Shown: piece by piece, positions 8,297 to 16,010 of the stretch
Layout of the letters: each line of letters begins with the position of its first letter
Position numbering within the stretch: position 1 is the stretch's first letter
NCBI RefSeq assembly: GCF_019599295.1
Contig: NZ_JAIEWN010000016.1
Span: 59,839-83,682, forward strand
From: Oscillochloris sp. ZM17-4
GTDB taxonomy: Bacteria; Chloroflexota; Chloroflexia; Chloroflexales; Chloroflexaceae
Direction of reading: 5' to 3'
DNA: 23,844 nt
Notes under the pieces: model-generated
What the model was told of the DNA's origin: nothing
Database searches by the model: none
What the model saw: only the letters and a program-made list of their open reading frames with translations
Translations under genes and position numbers: made by a program

Positions 8297-8305
8297 TGCT
8301 ATAAT
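8297..8305 (+). promoter_or_regulatory. Extended -10 element (TGcTATAAT) for yggX. An 11-bp direct repeat 'gtatccagcag' x2 lies in the leader (8321-8346)
   Basis: 'tgctataat' sits 56 nt upstream of the ATG at 8361, with no convincing -35. A direct repeat with a 4-nt gap occurs between the -10 and the RBS. Confidence 0.45.
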
Positions 8306-8360
8306 CATAGGACAGCTATGGTATCCAGCAGCGATAGTATCCAGCAGAAGGTGAACCGCT

Positions 8361-8669
8361 ATGCCGCGTATGGTCAACTGTGTGAAGATAGGCCGCGAGC
8401 TGCCGGGGCTGGATCGCCCGCCCTTCAGCGGGCCGCTCGGCCAGCGCATCTTTGAGAGCGTCTCCCAGCAGGCCTGGGCGCTCTGGCCGGCCCAGTCGAC
8501 CCTGATCATCAACCACTACGGGCTGAGCCTGGGCGACCCGAACGCCCAGAAGATCCTGCTCCAGCAGATGGAGGAGTTCTTCTTCGGCGAGAAGGCCCGC
8601 ATGCCCGAGGGCTGGACGCCTCAGCCGGCGGCCCCGGCGGCCAAGGGCGCCGGGCCGAGGCGGAAATGA
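8361..8669 (+). CDS. yggX: Fe(2+)-trafficking / oxidative-damage-protection protein of the YggX family
   Basis: 'MPRMVNCVKIGRELPGLDRPPFSGPLGQRIFESVSQQAWALWPAQSTLIINHYGLSLGDPNAQKILLQQMEEFFFGEK' aligns along its whole length with E. coli YggX ('...[58 protein letters not shown]'). RBS 'gaaggtga'. Confidence 0.85.
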   Translation: MPRMVNCVKIGRELPGLDRPPFSGPLGQRIFESVSQQAWALWPAQSTLIINHYGLSLGDPNAQKILLQQMEEFFFGEKARMPEGWTPQPAAPAAKGAGPRRK

Positions 8670-8670
8670 T

Positions 8671-8704
8671 GGTGTAGGGATGCAGCGTGCTGCGTCCCTA
8701 CACC
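8671..8704. terminator. Bidirectional hairpin (16-bp stem with one G.U pair) shared by convergent yggX and the ATP-grasp gene. It overlaps the ATP-grasp stop codon
   Basis: 'ggtgtagggatgcagc gt gctgcgtccctacacc'. The core 'gtagggaYgcagcgtgctgcgtccctac' recurs at 19318-19353. Confidence 0.6.
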
Positions 8705-9936
8705 ATTGGGATGTTCGGCATGATCTCGAAGGTGAGGCATGCGTGGGCCGCGCGCAGGGCCGCCTCGGCCTCGGCGGGCGCGGCGGCGCGGGCGAAGATG
8801 AAGCCCAGGTAGCTGTCGCCCTCGGGCAGGGGCACCAGGGGGTAGTGCAGGGGCGCGCTGATCTCGACGCGCTCCACCCCCGGCACCGCCCGCGCATCCT
8901 CTAGGCCGCGCACCGCCCGCAGCACCCCGGCCTGCGGGATGGGGATCATCATCACCCCGCCTGCGCCGCCTGTGCGGCCCAGCGACTCCGCCGGCAGCCC
9001 GGCGGCCTGGCTCAGGATCAGCTCCTCCAGCGAGGCGTCGGTGCCGAACTGGAGCGTCTGCGAGCAGAGCCCGCCGATCGTGCGCCCGGCCAGCTCGACC
9101 ATCCACGGCCCGCGATCGTTCACCCGCAGCTCGGCGTGGAGCGGCCCGCGCTCCAGCCCCACCGCCGCCGCCGCCCGCGCCGCCACCGCCCCGATCTGGG
9201 CCTGCGCCTCGGCCGGCAGCCGCGAGGGCGTCACGTAGAGCGTCTCCTCGAAGAACGGCCCGTCCAGCGGGTCGGGCTTGTCGAAGAGGGCCAGCACCCG
9301 CAGCTCGCCGCCGTCGATCACGCCCTCCAGGGCCACCTCAAAGCCGGGGATGAAGTCCTCGGCCAGGAAGGGCTTCGGCCCCGGCGTGGGGTCGACGCGC
9401 TCAAGCAGGCGCGAGATGCGCCGCGCGGCGGCCACGAACTCGGCCGGGCCGTCGGCGCGGATCACCCCCCGGCTGCCGTTGAGCCGCAGCGGCTTCAGCA
9501 CGCAGGGGTAGCTGACCTGCGCGGCCAGCAGCCCCAGATCCTCGCCGGTGGAGCAGAGCCGGAAGGCCGGCGAGGGCACGCCGGCCGCCGCGAAGAGCCG
9601 CCGCATCAGGTGCTTGTCGCGGGCCGCCTCAGCCGCCTCGGGCCGGTTGTGGGGCAGGCCGAGGGCCGCGCTGGCCCGCGCGGCCACCATGGCCCCGCTG
9701 TCGTCCACGGCGATCACGGCGGCCAGGGGCGCCTCGGCGTGGATGGCCAGGATATCGGCCAGGGCGCGGCCCTCGTCATTGAAGTCGATGCCGACCCGGC
9801 CGCCCAGCCGGCCGGCCATGGCCGCCGGCGCATCCTCGGCCACCAGGGCGCGCACGCCCAGCCGCTCGGCCGCGCGCATGAATGCCTCCAGCCGGTAGGA
9901 CGACGGGGTGGTCAGGAGCAGGATCTGCTGGCGCAT
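8698..9936 (-). CDS. ATP-grasp domain protein, L-amino-acid-ligase / carboxylate-amine-ligase-like
   Basis: Start chosen at 'MRQQILLLTTPSS' (ATG 9936-9934); the listed longer ORF begins in repeat DNA. 'EAARDKHLMRRLFAAAGVPSP', 'YPCVLKPLRLNGSRGVIRA' and 'FLAEDFIPGFEVALEG' match the ATP-grasp fold of BacD/YwfE-type ligases. Confidence 0.7.
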   Translation of the reverse strand: MRQQILLLTTPSSYRLEAFMRAAERLGVRALVAEDAPAAMAGRLGGRVGIDFNDEGRALADILAIHAEAPLAAVIAVDDSGAMVAARASAALGLPHNRPEAAEAARDKHLMRRLFAAAGVPSPAFRLCSTGEDLGLLAAQVSYPCVLKPLRLNGSRGVIRADGPAEFVAAARRISRLLERVDPTPGPKPFLAEDFIPGFEVALEGVIDGGELRVLALFDKPDPLDGPFFEETLYVTPSRLPAEAQAQIGAVAARAAAAVGLERGPLHAELRVNDRGPWMVELAGRTIGGLCSQTLQFGTDASLEELILSQAAGLPAESLGRTGGAGGVMMIPIPQAGVLRAVRGLEDARAVPGVERVEISAPLHYPLVPLPEGDSYLGFIFARAAAPAEAEAALRAAHACLTFEIMPNIPMV

Positions 9937-10018
9937 AGTTTGGTGCATCTCATACCAACTGGAATTGAGCAATCCGCATACGCGCCGCCGCCAGAGCGCG
10001 TTGAAACGCCATGCACGG

Positions 10019-10050
10019 CAATCTGCAATCCAAAATCTGCAATCTGCAAT
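10019..10050 (+). repeat. (CAATCTG)n heptamer array, 4.5 units with one degenerate. The same heptamer recurs at 20199-20223
   Basis: 'caatctgcaatccaaaatctgcaatctgcaat' lies between two minus-strand genes. Confidence 0.9.
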
Positions 10051-10054
10051 GGTA

Positions 10055-12103
10055 TCAGTCTCGCGTGAGCAGCTTCGACGCGGACTCCAGCGCCGTGTCG
10101 GCGGCGCACACCCGGTTCCGCCCGGTCGCCTTGGCCATATAGAGCGCCCGGTCGGCCGCGCGCAGCAGCGTGTCGCCATCGCCGCCGTGGGCGGGGAAGC
10201 TCGCCACGCCGGCCGAGATCGTGCAGCGCAGCTCGTGGCCGCCGTACTCGACGCACATATCGGCGAAGGCCTGGCGCAGATCGTCGGCGCGCTCCAGTGC
10301 CATGTCGAGGGTGGCGGTGGCCATGATCACCACAAACTCCTCGCCGCCGTAGCGGCAGGCCGTGTCCATCTGGCGGGTGTGACCGTGCAGCAGCGCGCCC
10401 GTGGCCTGGAGCATGAGGTCGCCGGCCCTGTGCCCGTAGGTGTCGTTGAGCTGCTTGAAGTGGTCGATGTCCATCATCATAACACTAAGCGGGGCTTGCT
10501 CGCGCGCGGCGTGGGCCAGCCCCTGCTCGAGGATCTCTTCCATGTAGCGCCGGTTGAACAGGCCGGTGAGCACATCGTGGGTGGCCTGCTCGCGCAGCTG
10601 CGCCTGGAGCTGCTGGATCTCGGCCAGCTGCGCCTGGAGGCTCTGGTTCGCCGCGCGCAGCGCCTCGTCGGCCCGCCTGCGCTCGCTGATGTTGCGGCCG
10701 ACCCCGTTGATCGCAAGCTGGCCGGTCTCCGGGCTGATGTAGTAGTGGGTCACAATCTCCACCCAGACCGCCGAGCCATCTTTGTGCGGCTGCTCAAGCT
10801 CGTTGACGAAGGTGTGCTGGGTCGGGTCGGCCAGAAATGTGGCGATCCGCTGCTGGATCAGCCCATGGATCGCCGCCTGCATATCCGGCGGCAGCCCATG
10901 ATAGACGACTTGGCCCAGCAGCTCCTCCGGCTTGTAGCCCTGGAGCTGCTCGATCGATGGGCTGATATAGGTCAAGCGCAGGCTCTGGGTGTCGATGCTC
11001 CAGATCACATCCTGCATGTTCTCGGCCAGCAGGCGGTAGCGCCGCTCGCTCTGCCGCAGGGCCTCCTCGGCCCGCTTGTGCGCGGTGACATCGTGCAGAA
11101 TGAACAAGTGCCCCACCGGCCTGCCGCGCCGATCATTGATCGTCGAGACGACGAGGTCGTAGGTGCGCTGCCGCGCGCCGACGCCGACCGTCACCTCAGA
11201 CGTGCCCGCTGACGTGCGAGAGTGGCCCCGAAGCAGATCGGCCCAGTCGGGTGGCAGCGCCTCGACCGGCTCGCCGATAGCCTGCGCGGGCATCCCGCAG
11301 GTGACCTTCGCGGCGCTGTTCACGTCGGCGATCTGCCCCTGTGTGTCTAGCACGATCACCAGGTCCTCGATATGATCCATCACCGCACCGCGGGCGATCG
11401 GGACAATGATGAAGATCTGGCCGTGCAGCAGCGCCCAGCCGTAGATCACGCCGGTGCAGGCGAGCAGCATTGGCGTCCAGGCATAGCCGGGCAAGGGCGT
11501 GATGCGTAGCGTGGTGAGGATGTCGGCCAGGAAGGGGATGAGGATGCCCAGGATGAGCAGCAGCATTTCCCGCCGGCGCTGCGCACGGGTCACCAGGGAT
11601 ACGGCGAGGATCGCCAGCGCGCAGATGGTGAGCACGCTCCCGTACCCGTAGTAGACCCAGTACCAGGGGCCTCGGCTGAACACAACATTGCTCAGCGGGC
11701 CCTCGGCGATCAGCCGGGGGCTATGGCGAAACAGCGGGTAGAGCGGCGGGGTCAGGGTCAGCACGACGGTGACGGCAGGGATGATCAGGAGGGCTGCCAG
11801 ACGTTGGCGGGTGATCCATGCGGCGTGGCCGGTGTACTGGATCACCATGGTCAGGATGGCCGGCGCGATGAAGCCGCCGGGGATGTAGATCAGGCGGAGC
11901 AGGAGCACGCGCAGCTCAAGCGGGGCGACGACCAGGCTGAGGGCGAAGATCAGCGAGAACAGGGAAGACAGCCACATGAGCATGCGGAAGGGCCGGCACG
12001 CCGGCAGGCGGCGATAGTAGCCGGCGTAGACGGCGATGGAGGCGAGGAGCACGGCGCTGGCGAGCGGTAGCCAGACGTAGGGCGTATAGAGCATGGCCCA
12101 CAC
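10055..12103 (-). CDS. Membrane sensor diguanylate cyclase: N-terminal ~8-TM domain, tandem PAS domains, coiled coil, GGDEF domain
   Basis: GTG start with 'ggaggtg' RBS. Hydrophobic N-terminal 230 aa. PAS-like 'VIWSIDTQSLRLTYISPSIEQLQGYKPEELLG'. GGDEF core 'DVLTGLFNRRYM', 'MMDIDHFKQLNDTYGHRAGD', 'RYGGEEFVVIM', 'LYMAKATGRNRV'. Confidence 0.85.
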   Translation of the reverse strand: MWAMLYTPYVWLPLASAVLLASIAVYAGYYRRLPACRPFRMLMWLSSLFSLIFALSLVVAPLELRVLLLRLIYIPGGFIAPAILTMVIQYTGHAAWITRQRLAALLIIPAVTVVLTLTPPLYPLFRHSPRLIAEGPLSNVVFSRGPWYWVYYGYGSVLTICALAILAVSLVTRAQRRREMLLLILGILIPFLADILTTLRITPLPGYAWTPMLLACTGVIYGWALLHGQIFIIVPIARGAVMDHIEDLVIVLDTQGQIADVNSAAKVTCGMPAQAIGEPVEALPPDWADLLRGHSRTSAGTSEVTVGVGARQRTYDLVVSTINDRRGRPVGHLFILHDVTAHKRAEEALRQSERRYRLLAENMQDVIWSIDTQSLRLTYISPSIEQLQGYKPEELLGQVVYHGLPPDMQAAIHGLIQQRIATFLADPTQHTFVNELEQPHKDGSAVWVEIVTHYYISPETGQLAINGVGRNISERRRADEALRAANQSLQAQLAEIQQLQAQLREQATHDVLTGLFNRRYMEEILEQGLAHAAREQAPLSVMMMDIDHFKQLNDTYGHRAGDLMLQATGALLHGHTRQMDTACRYGGEEFVVIMATATLDMALERADDLRQAFADMCVEYGGHELRCTISAGVASFPAHGGDGDTLLRAADRALYMAKATGRNRVCAADTALESASKLLTRD

Positions 12104-12384
12104 CTCCGGCAGAGGACACTGTCATAGTGATGTCCTTAGGGCGATGGTTATTTTACTGCTGTTTTAAAAGATGAAGAGTGAGGGAAGATGGAATGAGATT
12201 ATACACCCTGTGTCAAGCGACGCATCGGGCTTTTGCAGGAAGGCGACACAAATAGCGTGCATAGCCGCAGTGGCTGGCACGAGTTTCTGAGTACGGCGAA
12301 GCCGCCTCGGTGGGTGACGAGGTTACAAGACTTATGCCAGCGCTACAGGTACTCAGGAGCGAACTGCTCCTCGGTGGGCTCCGC

Positions 12385-13749
12385 TCAGCAGTACCAGGGC
12401 TCGCTCAGGTAGGGGATGGGCGGGCGGGGCAGCAGGTGCGCCAGGCTAGGCCGCGCCCCCGCGCCGATCTGGGAGTCCACCAGATCCCACAGCTTCTCAA
12501 AGAATTGCGCCCGTGTCTCGCCGCGCGGCCCGCTGCCCTGGGCCAGCCGCAGCGCGGCCCGCTGGAGCGTGTCCATCGCCGGATCGGGGTGGCGCCAGGG
12601 GTAGACCAGCCCGGCCGGGTCGAACGGCCCGACCAGATCCCTGACCTCGTCGAGGTGGAGCAGCCAGGAGCCGGACGGGATGAGCAGGCGGATGGCGTAC
12701 TGCACCGGCGAGACGCTCTCGACCAGGCCGAGCTCAGTGATCGCGCGCAGGAAGTCGGCATAGACCTGGCGGCTCGTCCAGGGCGTGAAGGCCACAAAGG
12801 TCGCGTTCAGGCCGACCCCGGCCTCGCGCAGCAGCCCGGCGGCGCGGGCCACATCATCGCGGGTGTGGCGCTTGTCCAGCCGCTCAAGGATGCCCTCGTC
12901 CAGCGCCTCGACCGCGCTCGTCACCAGGGCGCAGCCGGTGTCGCGCAGCTCGGGCAGCAGCTCGGCGTGGCGCAGCAGGTGCTCGACCTTGATCGTCACA
13001 TCGTAGGTGATGCCGGGGTGCTCGGCGTGCAGGGCGCGCACGATCTTCATTGCGTGGCCGGGCCCGTTGAGGAAGTCCGGGTCGCCGAAGGTGATATGGG
13101 CCGCCCCGGCGGCCACCTGGCGGCGCACGTCCTCAAGCACCACATCCCTCGGCACGGTGCGGAAGCGCCCGCCGTAGACGGGGACGATCGGGCAGTGGCG
13201 GCAGGTGTGCTTACAGCCGCGGCTAGCCTCGGTGTAGCCGGCGGCCCGCCGGCCCTCGGCGGTGATCAGGGCGGCGTAGGCCAGCGGGCCGGGCAGGCCG
13301 GCGCGGTCGGGGGGGATGAACGACAGTAGGGGCGTAACAGCGCGCCTGCTCTCATCTGCTGAGGATTCATCTGCCGCTGTTGCGCCCCTACCCTTGTATA
13401 TATCCACCAGGGCGGCCTCAAACTCCCCGCCGACGCAGGCGTCGGCGCCGAGCGCGCGCAGATGATCGGCGTTGAGCGGGGCGTAGAGGCCGTAGCAGAC
13501 GATGGTGGCCTGCGGGGCGAGGGCGCGCAGCTCGGGCAGCAGCTCGGCGGCCAGGCGGGTGGCCGTGTGCATCGGCACATACAGACCGATCAGCGCCGCC
13601 CGCGCCGCCGCCGCCCGGTCGAGCGGCTGGAGCGAGGTGTCGATAGCGAGCACCTCGGCCCCGGCGCGGCGCAGCCATGCCGCCGGCGAGGCCAGCCCGA
13701 AGGGCTGGTGCCCGAGCTCGTAGGTTGAGATCAGCAGCGCGAGAGGCAT
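12385..13749 (-). CDS. B12-binding-domain radical SAM enzyme (class B)
   Basis: N-terminal Rossmann-like B12 domain 'MPLALLISTYELGHQPFGL...IVCYGLYAPLN'. Radical-SAM cluster motif 'SRGCKHTCRHCP' (CxxxCxxC). 'ITFGDPDFL'. The start codon abuts the heptamer array, with no SD. Confidence 0.8.
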   Translation of the reverse strand: MPLALLISTYELGHQPFGLASPAAWLRRAGAEVLAIDTSLQPLDRAAAARAALIGLYVPMHTATRLAAELLPELRALAPQATIVCYGLYAPLNADHLRALGADACVGGEFEAALVDIYKGRGATAADESSADESRRAVTPLLSFIPPDRAGLPGPLAYAALITAEGRRAAGYTEASRGCKHTCRHCPIVPVYGGRFRTVPRDVVLEDVRRQVAAGAAHITFGDPDFLNGPGHAMKIVRALHAEHPGITYDVTIKVEHLLRHAELLPELRDTGCALVTSAVEALDEGILERLDKRHTRDDVARAAGLLREAGVGLNATFVAFTPWTSRQVYADFLRAITELGLVESVSPVQYAIRLLIPSGSWLLHLDEVRDLVGPFDPAGLVYPWRHPDPAMDTLQRAALRLAQGSGPRGETRAQFFEKLWDLVDSQIGAGARPSLAHLLPRPPIPYLSEPWYC

Positions 13750-13751
13750 AA

Positions 13752-13905
13752 TGAATGTTGAATGTTGAATGCTGAATGTTGAATGTTGAGTGGGTGGGGG
13801 TTTCGAAAGCTGGAGCTAGTATAACACGCCGCATAGCCTACAAAGCGCTCCATCTGCCCGGCGCCCTTGGCATTCAACATTCATCATTCATCATTCATCA
13901 TTACC
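13752..13905. repeat. Inverted heptamer arrays: (TGAATGT)5 at 13752-13789 and the complementary (CATTCAN)5 at 13871-13905, separated by about 80 nt
   Basis: Read directly. The right array supplies the TAA stop (13901-13903) of the MVP-like gene. The left array abuts the ATG of the radical-SAM gene. Confidence 0.9.
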
Positions 13906-15289
13906 GCGTCTGGATGCGCAGGTCCACGTCCTCGGGGGTGAAGAAGAGGCTGGCGCTGCCGGCGCTGAGCGCGGTCAGAGCCTCCTGCTTGCGCAGAGTC
14001 TGGAAGACGGCCAGCTTCTCGGCGGGGGCCAGCTCGGCGCCGAGGGCGTCGAGGAAGGCCCGCACCCGCCCGGCCTCGGCGGCCCCGCCGATCTCGGCCT
14101 GAGCCAGCTCCACGATGCGGCGCACATCCATCAGCCGACCGCGCAACTCCTCGGCCTCGGTCTCGCCGCGGATCTGGCGCAGCCGCACCTCGTTCTCGCT
14201 CTCCTGCTGCTGGAGCCGGTTCAGCCGGTTCGTCGTCTCCTGGATGATCTCCTGCAGCACCCGCTGGGTCGCCGGGTCCTTGCAGGCGACCGCGCGCACC
14301 TCGACGGCGTGCAGCACCACCCCGCGCTCGGCGTAGAAGCCGTCGGCCCCGCCCAGCACCGCCTCGCGGATGATCGCGTTGAAGGCGGCCAGGAAGCGCT
14401 CCAGGCTCACCTGGGAGACCGACTGGATGATCTGGCTGCGCGCGTGTGAGCAGACGTCGCCGGGCGTATCGTCGGTGGTGCGCACCATGCCCTGGACATC
14501 GACGATCTGCCAGAAGAAGGTGATCCCGATCGTCAGCTCGACGTTGTCCTGGGTGCGGGCCTCAAGCTCGTACCACATAAACTTCGGGCGCTGGTCGAGG
14601 TGGGTGATCTTCAGCTCGCGGCGGTCCTTGTGCAGGCCGCTCGACCAGCGGAAGGTGACCAGCTCGTCGTAGGGGCCGAGGAAGAAGGCCCGCTCGGCGT
14701 CGGCCCCGCTGCGGATGCGGTAGGCCCCGCTGCGCTCCTTGATCACCACGGCCTCGTGGTCCTCCAGGCGCACCCGGCGGCGCACCTCGACGACCTGCTG
14801 GGTCGGCGCGGGCGCGAAGACCTGCGGCGCGATGATCAGCTCCAGCCCGCCGGCGACGGTGTCGCGCACCAGCACCGCCGTCTGCTCATCGATGTTGATC
14901 CCGTCGCGCACATCCTCCAGGATGGCCTCGGTCGGGCTGAGGACGACCCGCCCCTCGCCGCGCTCGACCCGGATCGCGCCGCTGCTCTGGTCGAGCAGGC
15001 GCAGGTACTGGCCGCGCTTGAGCGGGATGGCCTGGAGCTGCTCGTCCACCTCCTCGCCGGGGCCGAGGAAGACCAGCCTCGGGCCGACCTCGTTGCGCAC
15101 CTCGCCGCTGAGCGTGTCGCGCACGCGCAGGTAGTCGGTTGGGCCGAGGGCGATCGCCTCGCGCCGGCTGACGCGGGAGAGGGCCGGCGTGATCACCGCG
15201 CCGGGGCCGTTGGCCACCCGCCGGCGGGTCGGCGTCTCGATCAGCAGCTGCTCGTCCTCCTTGAGGAAGGCCACCCATGGGATGATCAT
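13901..15289 (-). CDS. Major vault protein (MVP) homolog: about 3-4 MVP repeats, SPFH-like shoulder domain and C-terminal coiled coil (cap-helix-like). 463 aa
   Basis: Start chosen at 'MIIPWVAF' (ATG 15289-15287, 'aggag' 7 nt upstream); the listed ORF's first 53 aa translate the palindrome and leader. Repeat region 'FLGPGEEVDEQLQAIPLKRGQYLRLL' resembles eukaryotic MVP '[30 protein letters not shown]'. Shoulder 'DNVELTIGITFFWQIVDV...TPGDVCSHARSQIIQSVSQVSLERFLAAFNAIIREAVLG' resembles 'DHARLQLQLAYNWHFEV...[42 protein letters not shown]'. 'IIQETTNRLNRLQQQESE' resembles '[24 protein letters not shown]'. Confidence 0.7.
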   Translation of the reverse strand: MIIPWVAFLKEDEQLLIETPTRRRVANGPGAVITPALSRVSRREAIALGPTDYLRVRDTLSGEVRNEVGPRLVFLGPGEEVDEQLQAIPLKRGQYLRLLDQSSGAIRVERGEGRVVLSPTEAILEDVRDGINIDEQTAVLVRDTVAGGLELIIAPQVFAPAPTQQVVEVRRRVRLEDHEAVVIKERSGAYRIRSGADAERAFFLGPYDELVTFRWSSGLHKDRRELKITHLDQRPKFMWYELEARTQDNVELTIGITFFWQIVDVQGMVRTTDDTPGDVCSHARSQIIQSVSQVSLERFLAAFNAIIREAVLGGADGFYAERGVVLHAVEVRAVACKDPATQRVLQEIIQETTNRLNRLQQQESENEVRLRQIRGETEAEELRGRLMDVRRIVELAQAEIGGAAEAGRVRAFLDALGAELAPAEKLAVFQTLRKQEALTALSAGSASLFFTPEDVDLRIQTR

Positions 15290-15312
15290 CGCGGTGCTCC
15301 TGTGTCTTGTGT

Positions 15313-15360
15313 AAGATAGTGCTATACTGACACTAATTAGTGTCAGTATAGCACTATCTT
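15313..15360. promoter_or_regulatory. 48-bp perfect, spacerless, AT-rich palindrome in the promoter/leader of the MVP-like gene. Candidate operator for a dimeric regulator
   Basis: 'aagatagtgctatactgacactaa' at 15313-15336 is the exact reverse complement of 'ttagtgtcagtatagcactatctt' at 15337-15360. It is about 67% AT in a 70%-GC genome. It lies 24 nt upstream of the MVP start and contains TATACT/AGTATA and TTGACA hexamers. Confidence 0.6.
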
Positions 15361-15416
15361 GACAAAACGCAAGCACACATCCCGCTGCTCGCCTGGGCGA
15401 GCACCGTGGCTCGCCC

Positions 15417-16005
15417 CTACTGCTGCTGCTGCATCTGCTGGGCCTCAAGCTCCGCCTCGGCGGGGGTGGGCGGGGCGATCGCCGGCAGCACGCCCTCGTC
15501 GGGGATGAAGGCCTCGGTGGGCACCACCTTCACGCCCACCTCCAGCGAGCTCTCGGCGCGCCCGCGGTAGACGCCCTTCGTCGGCGGGACGTCGGCGTAG
15601 TCGCGGCCGACGGCGACGCGGATGTGGCGGTCGCGGGCGATCAGGTTGTTGGTCGGGTCGAAGCCGACCCAGCCGAGGCCGGGCAGGAGCGCCTCAACCC
15701 AGGCGTGCGAGGCGTCGCGCTCGGAGCGGTCGTGGTCCTCGACGCGGTGGTAGAGGTAGCCGCTCACATAGCGGCAGGGGATGCCCAGCGGTCGCACCAG
15801 GGCGATCATAATATGGGCGAAGTCCTGGCAGACGCCCTTGCGTTTGGCGAGGGCCTCATCGATCGGCGAGTCGACCGTCGTCGTCTGCGGCGCGTAGGCG
15901 AAGGTGCGGTACATGCGCCCGGTGATCTCGTGCAGGAGCGAGAGCGGGTCGCCGCGGCGGCGGAGGTCGAGCTGGCTCGACAGGGCGCTCAGCAGGGGCG
16001 AGGGG
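15417..16005 (-). pseudogene. Transglutaminase-like (Cys-His-Asp) core domain, 5'-truncated gene fragment with no start codon
   Basis: 'LLHEITGRMYRTFAYAP...KRKGVCQDFAHIMIALVRPLGIPCRYVSGYLYH...DASHAWVEALLPGLGWVGFDPTN'. High GC3 on the minus strand persists only to about 16005. Further upstream the minus frame is antisense-like junk, with no ATG/GTG plus RBS. Confidence 0.7.
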
Positions 16006-16010
16006 CGGCG

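Noticed and set aside
8105-8512. Mutually overlapping ORFs on both strands (8105..8512 minus, 8108..8455 plus) both containing 'SGILAA(S/K)PPKSH'
   Set aside because: They are translations of the perfect palindromes at 8076-8260. Identical peptides arise on both strands only because the DNA is self-complementary. No coding signal.
12268-12285. 'CTGGCACGAGTTTCTGAG' resembling a sigma-54 -24 box
   Set aside because: It lacks the -12 TTGC/GC at the correct spacing. It also points toward the 3' end of a minus-strand gene.
15363-15400. Possible sigma-54 element 'GGGATGTGTGCTTGC' upstream of the MVP-like gene (minus strand)
   Set aside because: Only the GG and TTGC are present. The -24 hexamer matches 2/6 of TGGCAC, which is below what I would call a promoter.
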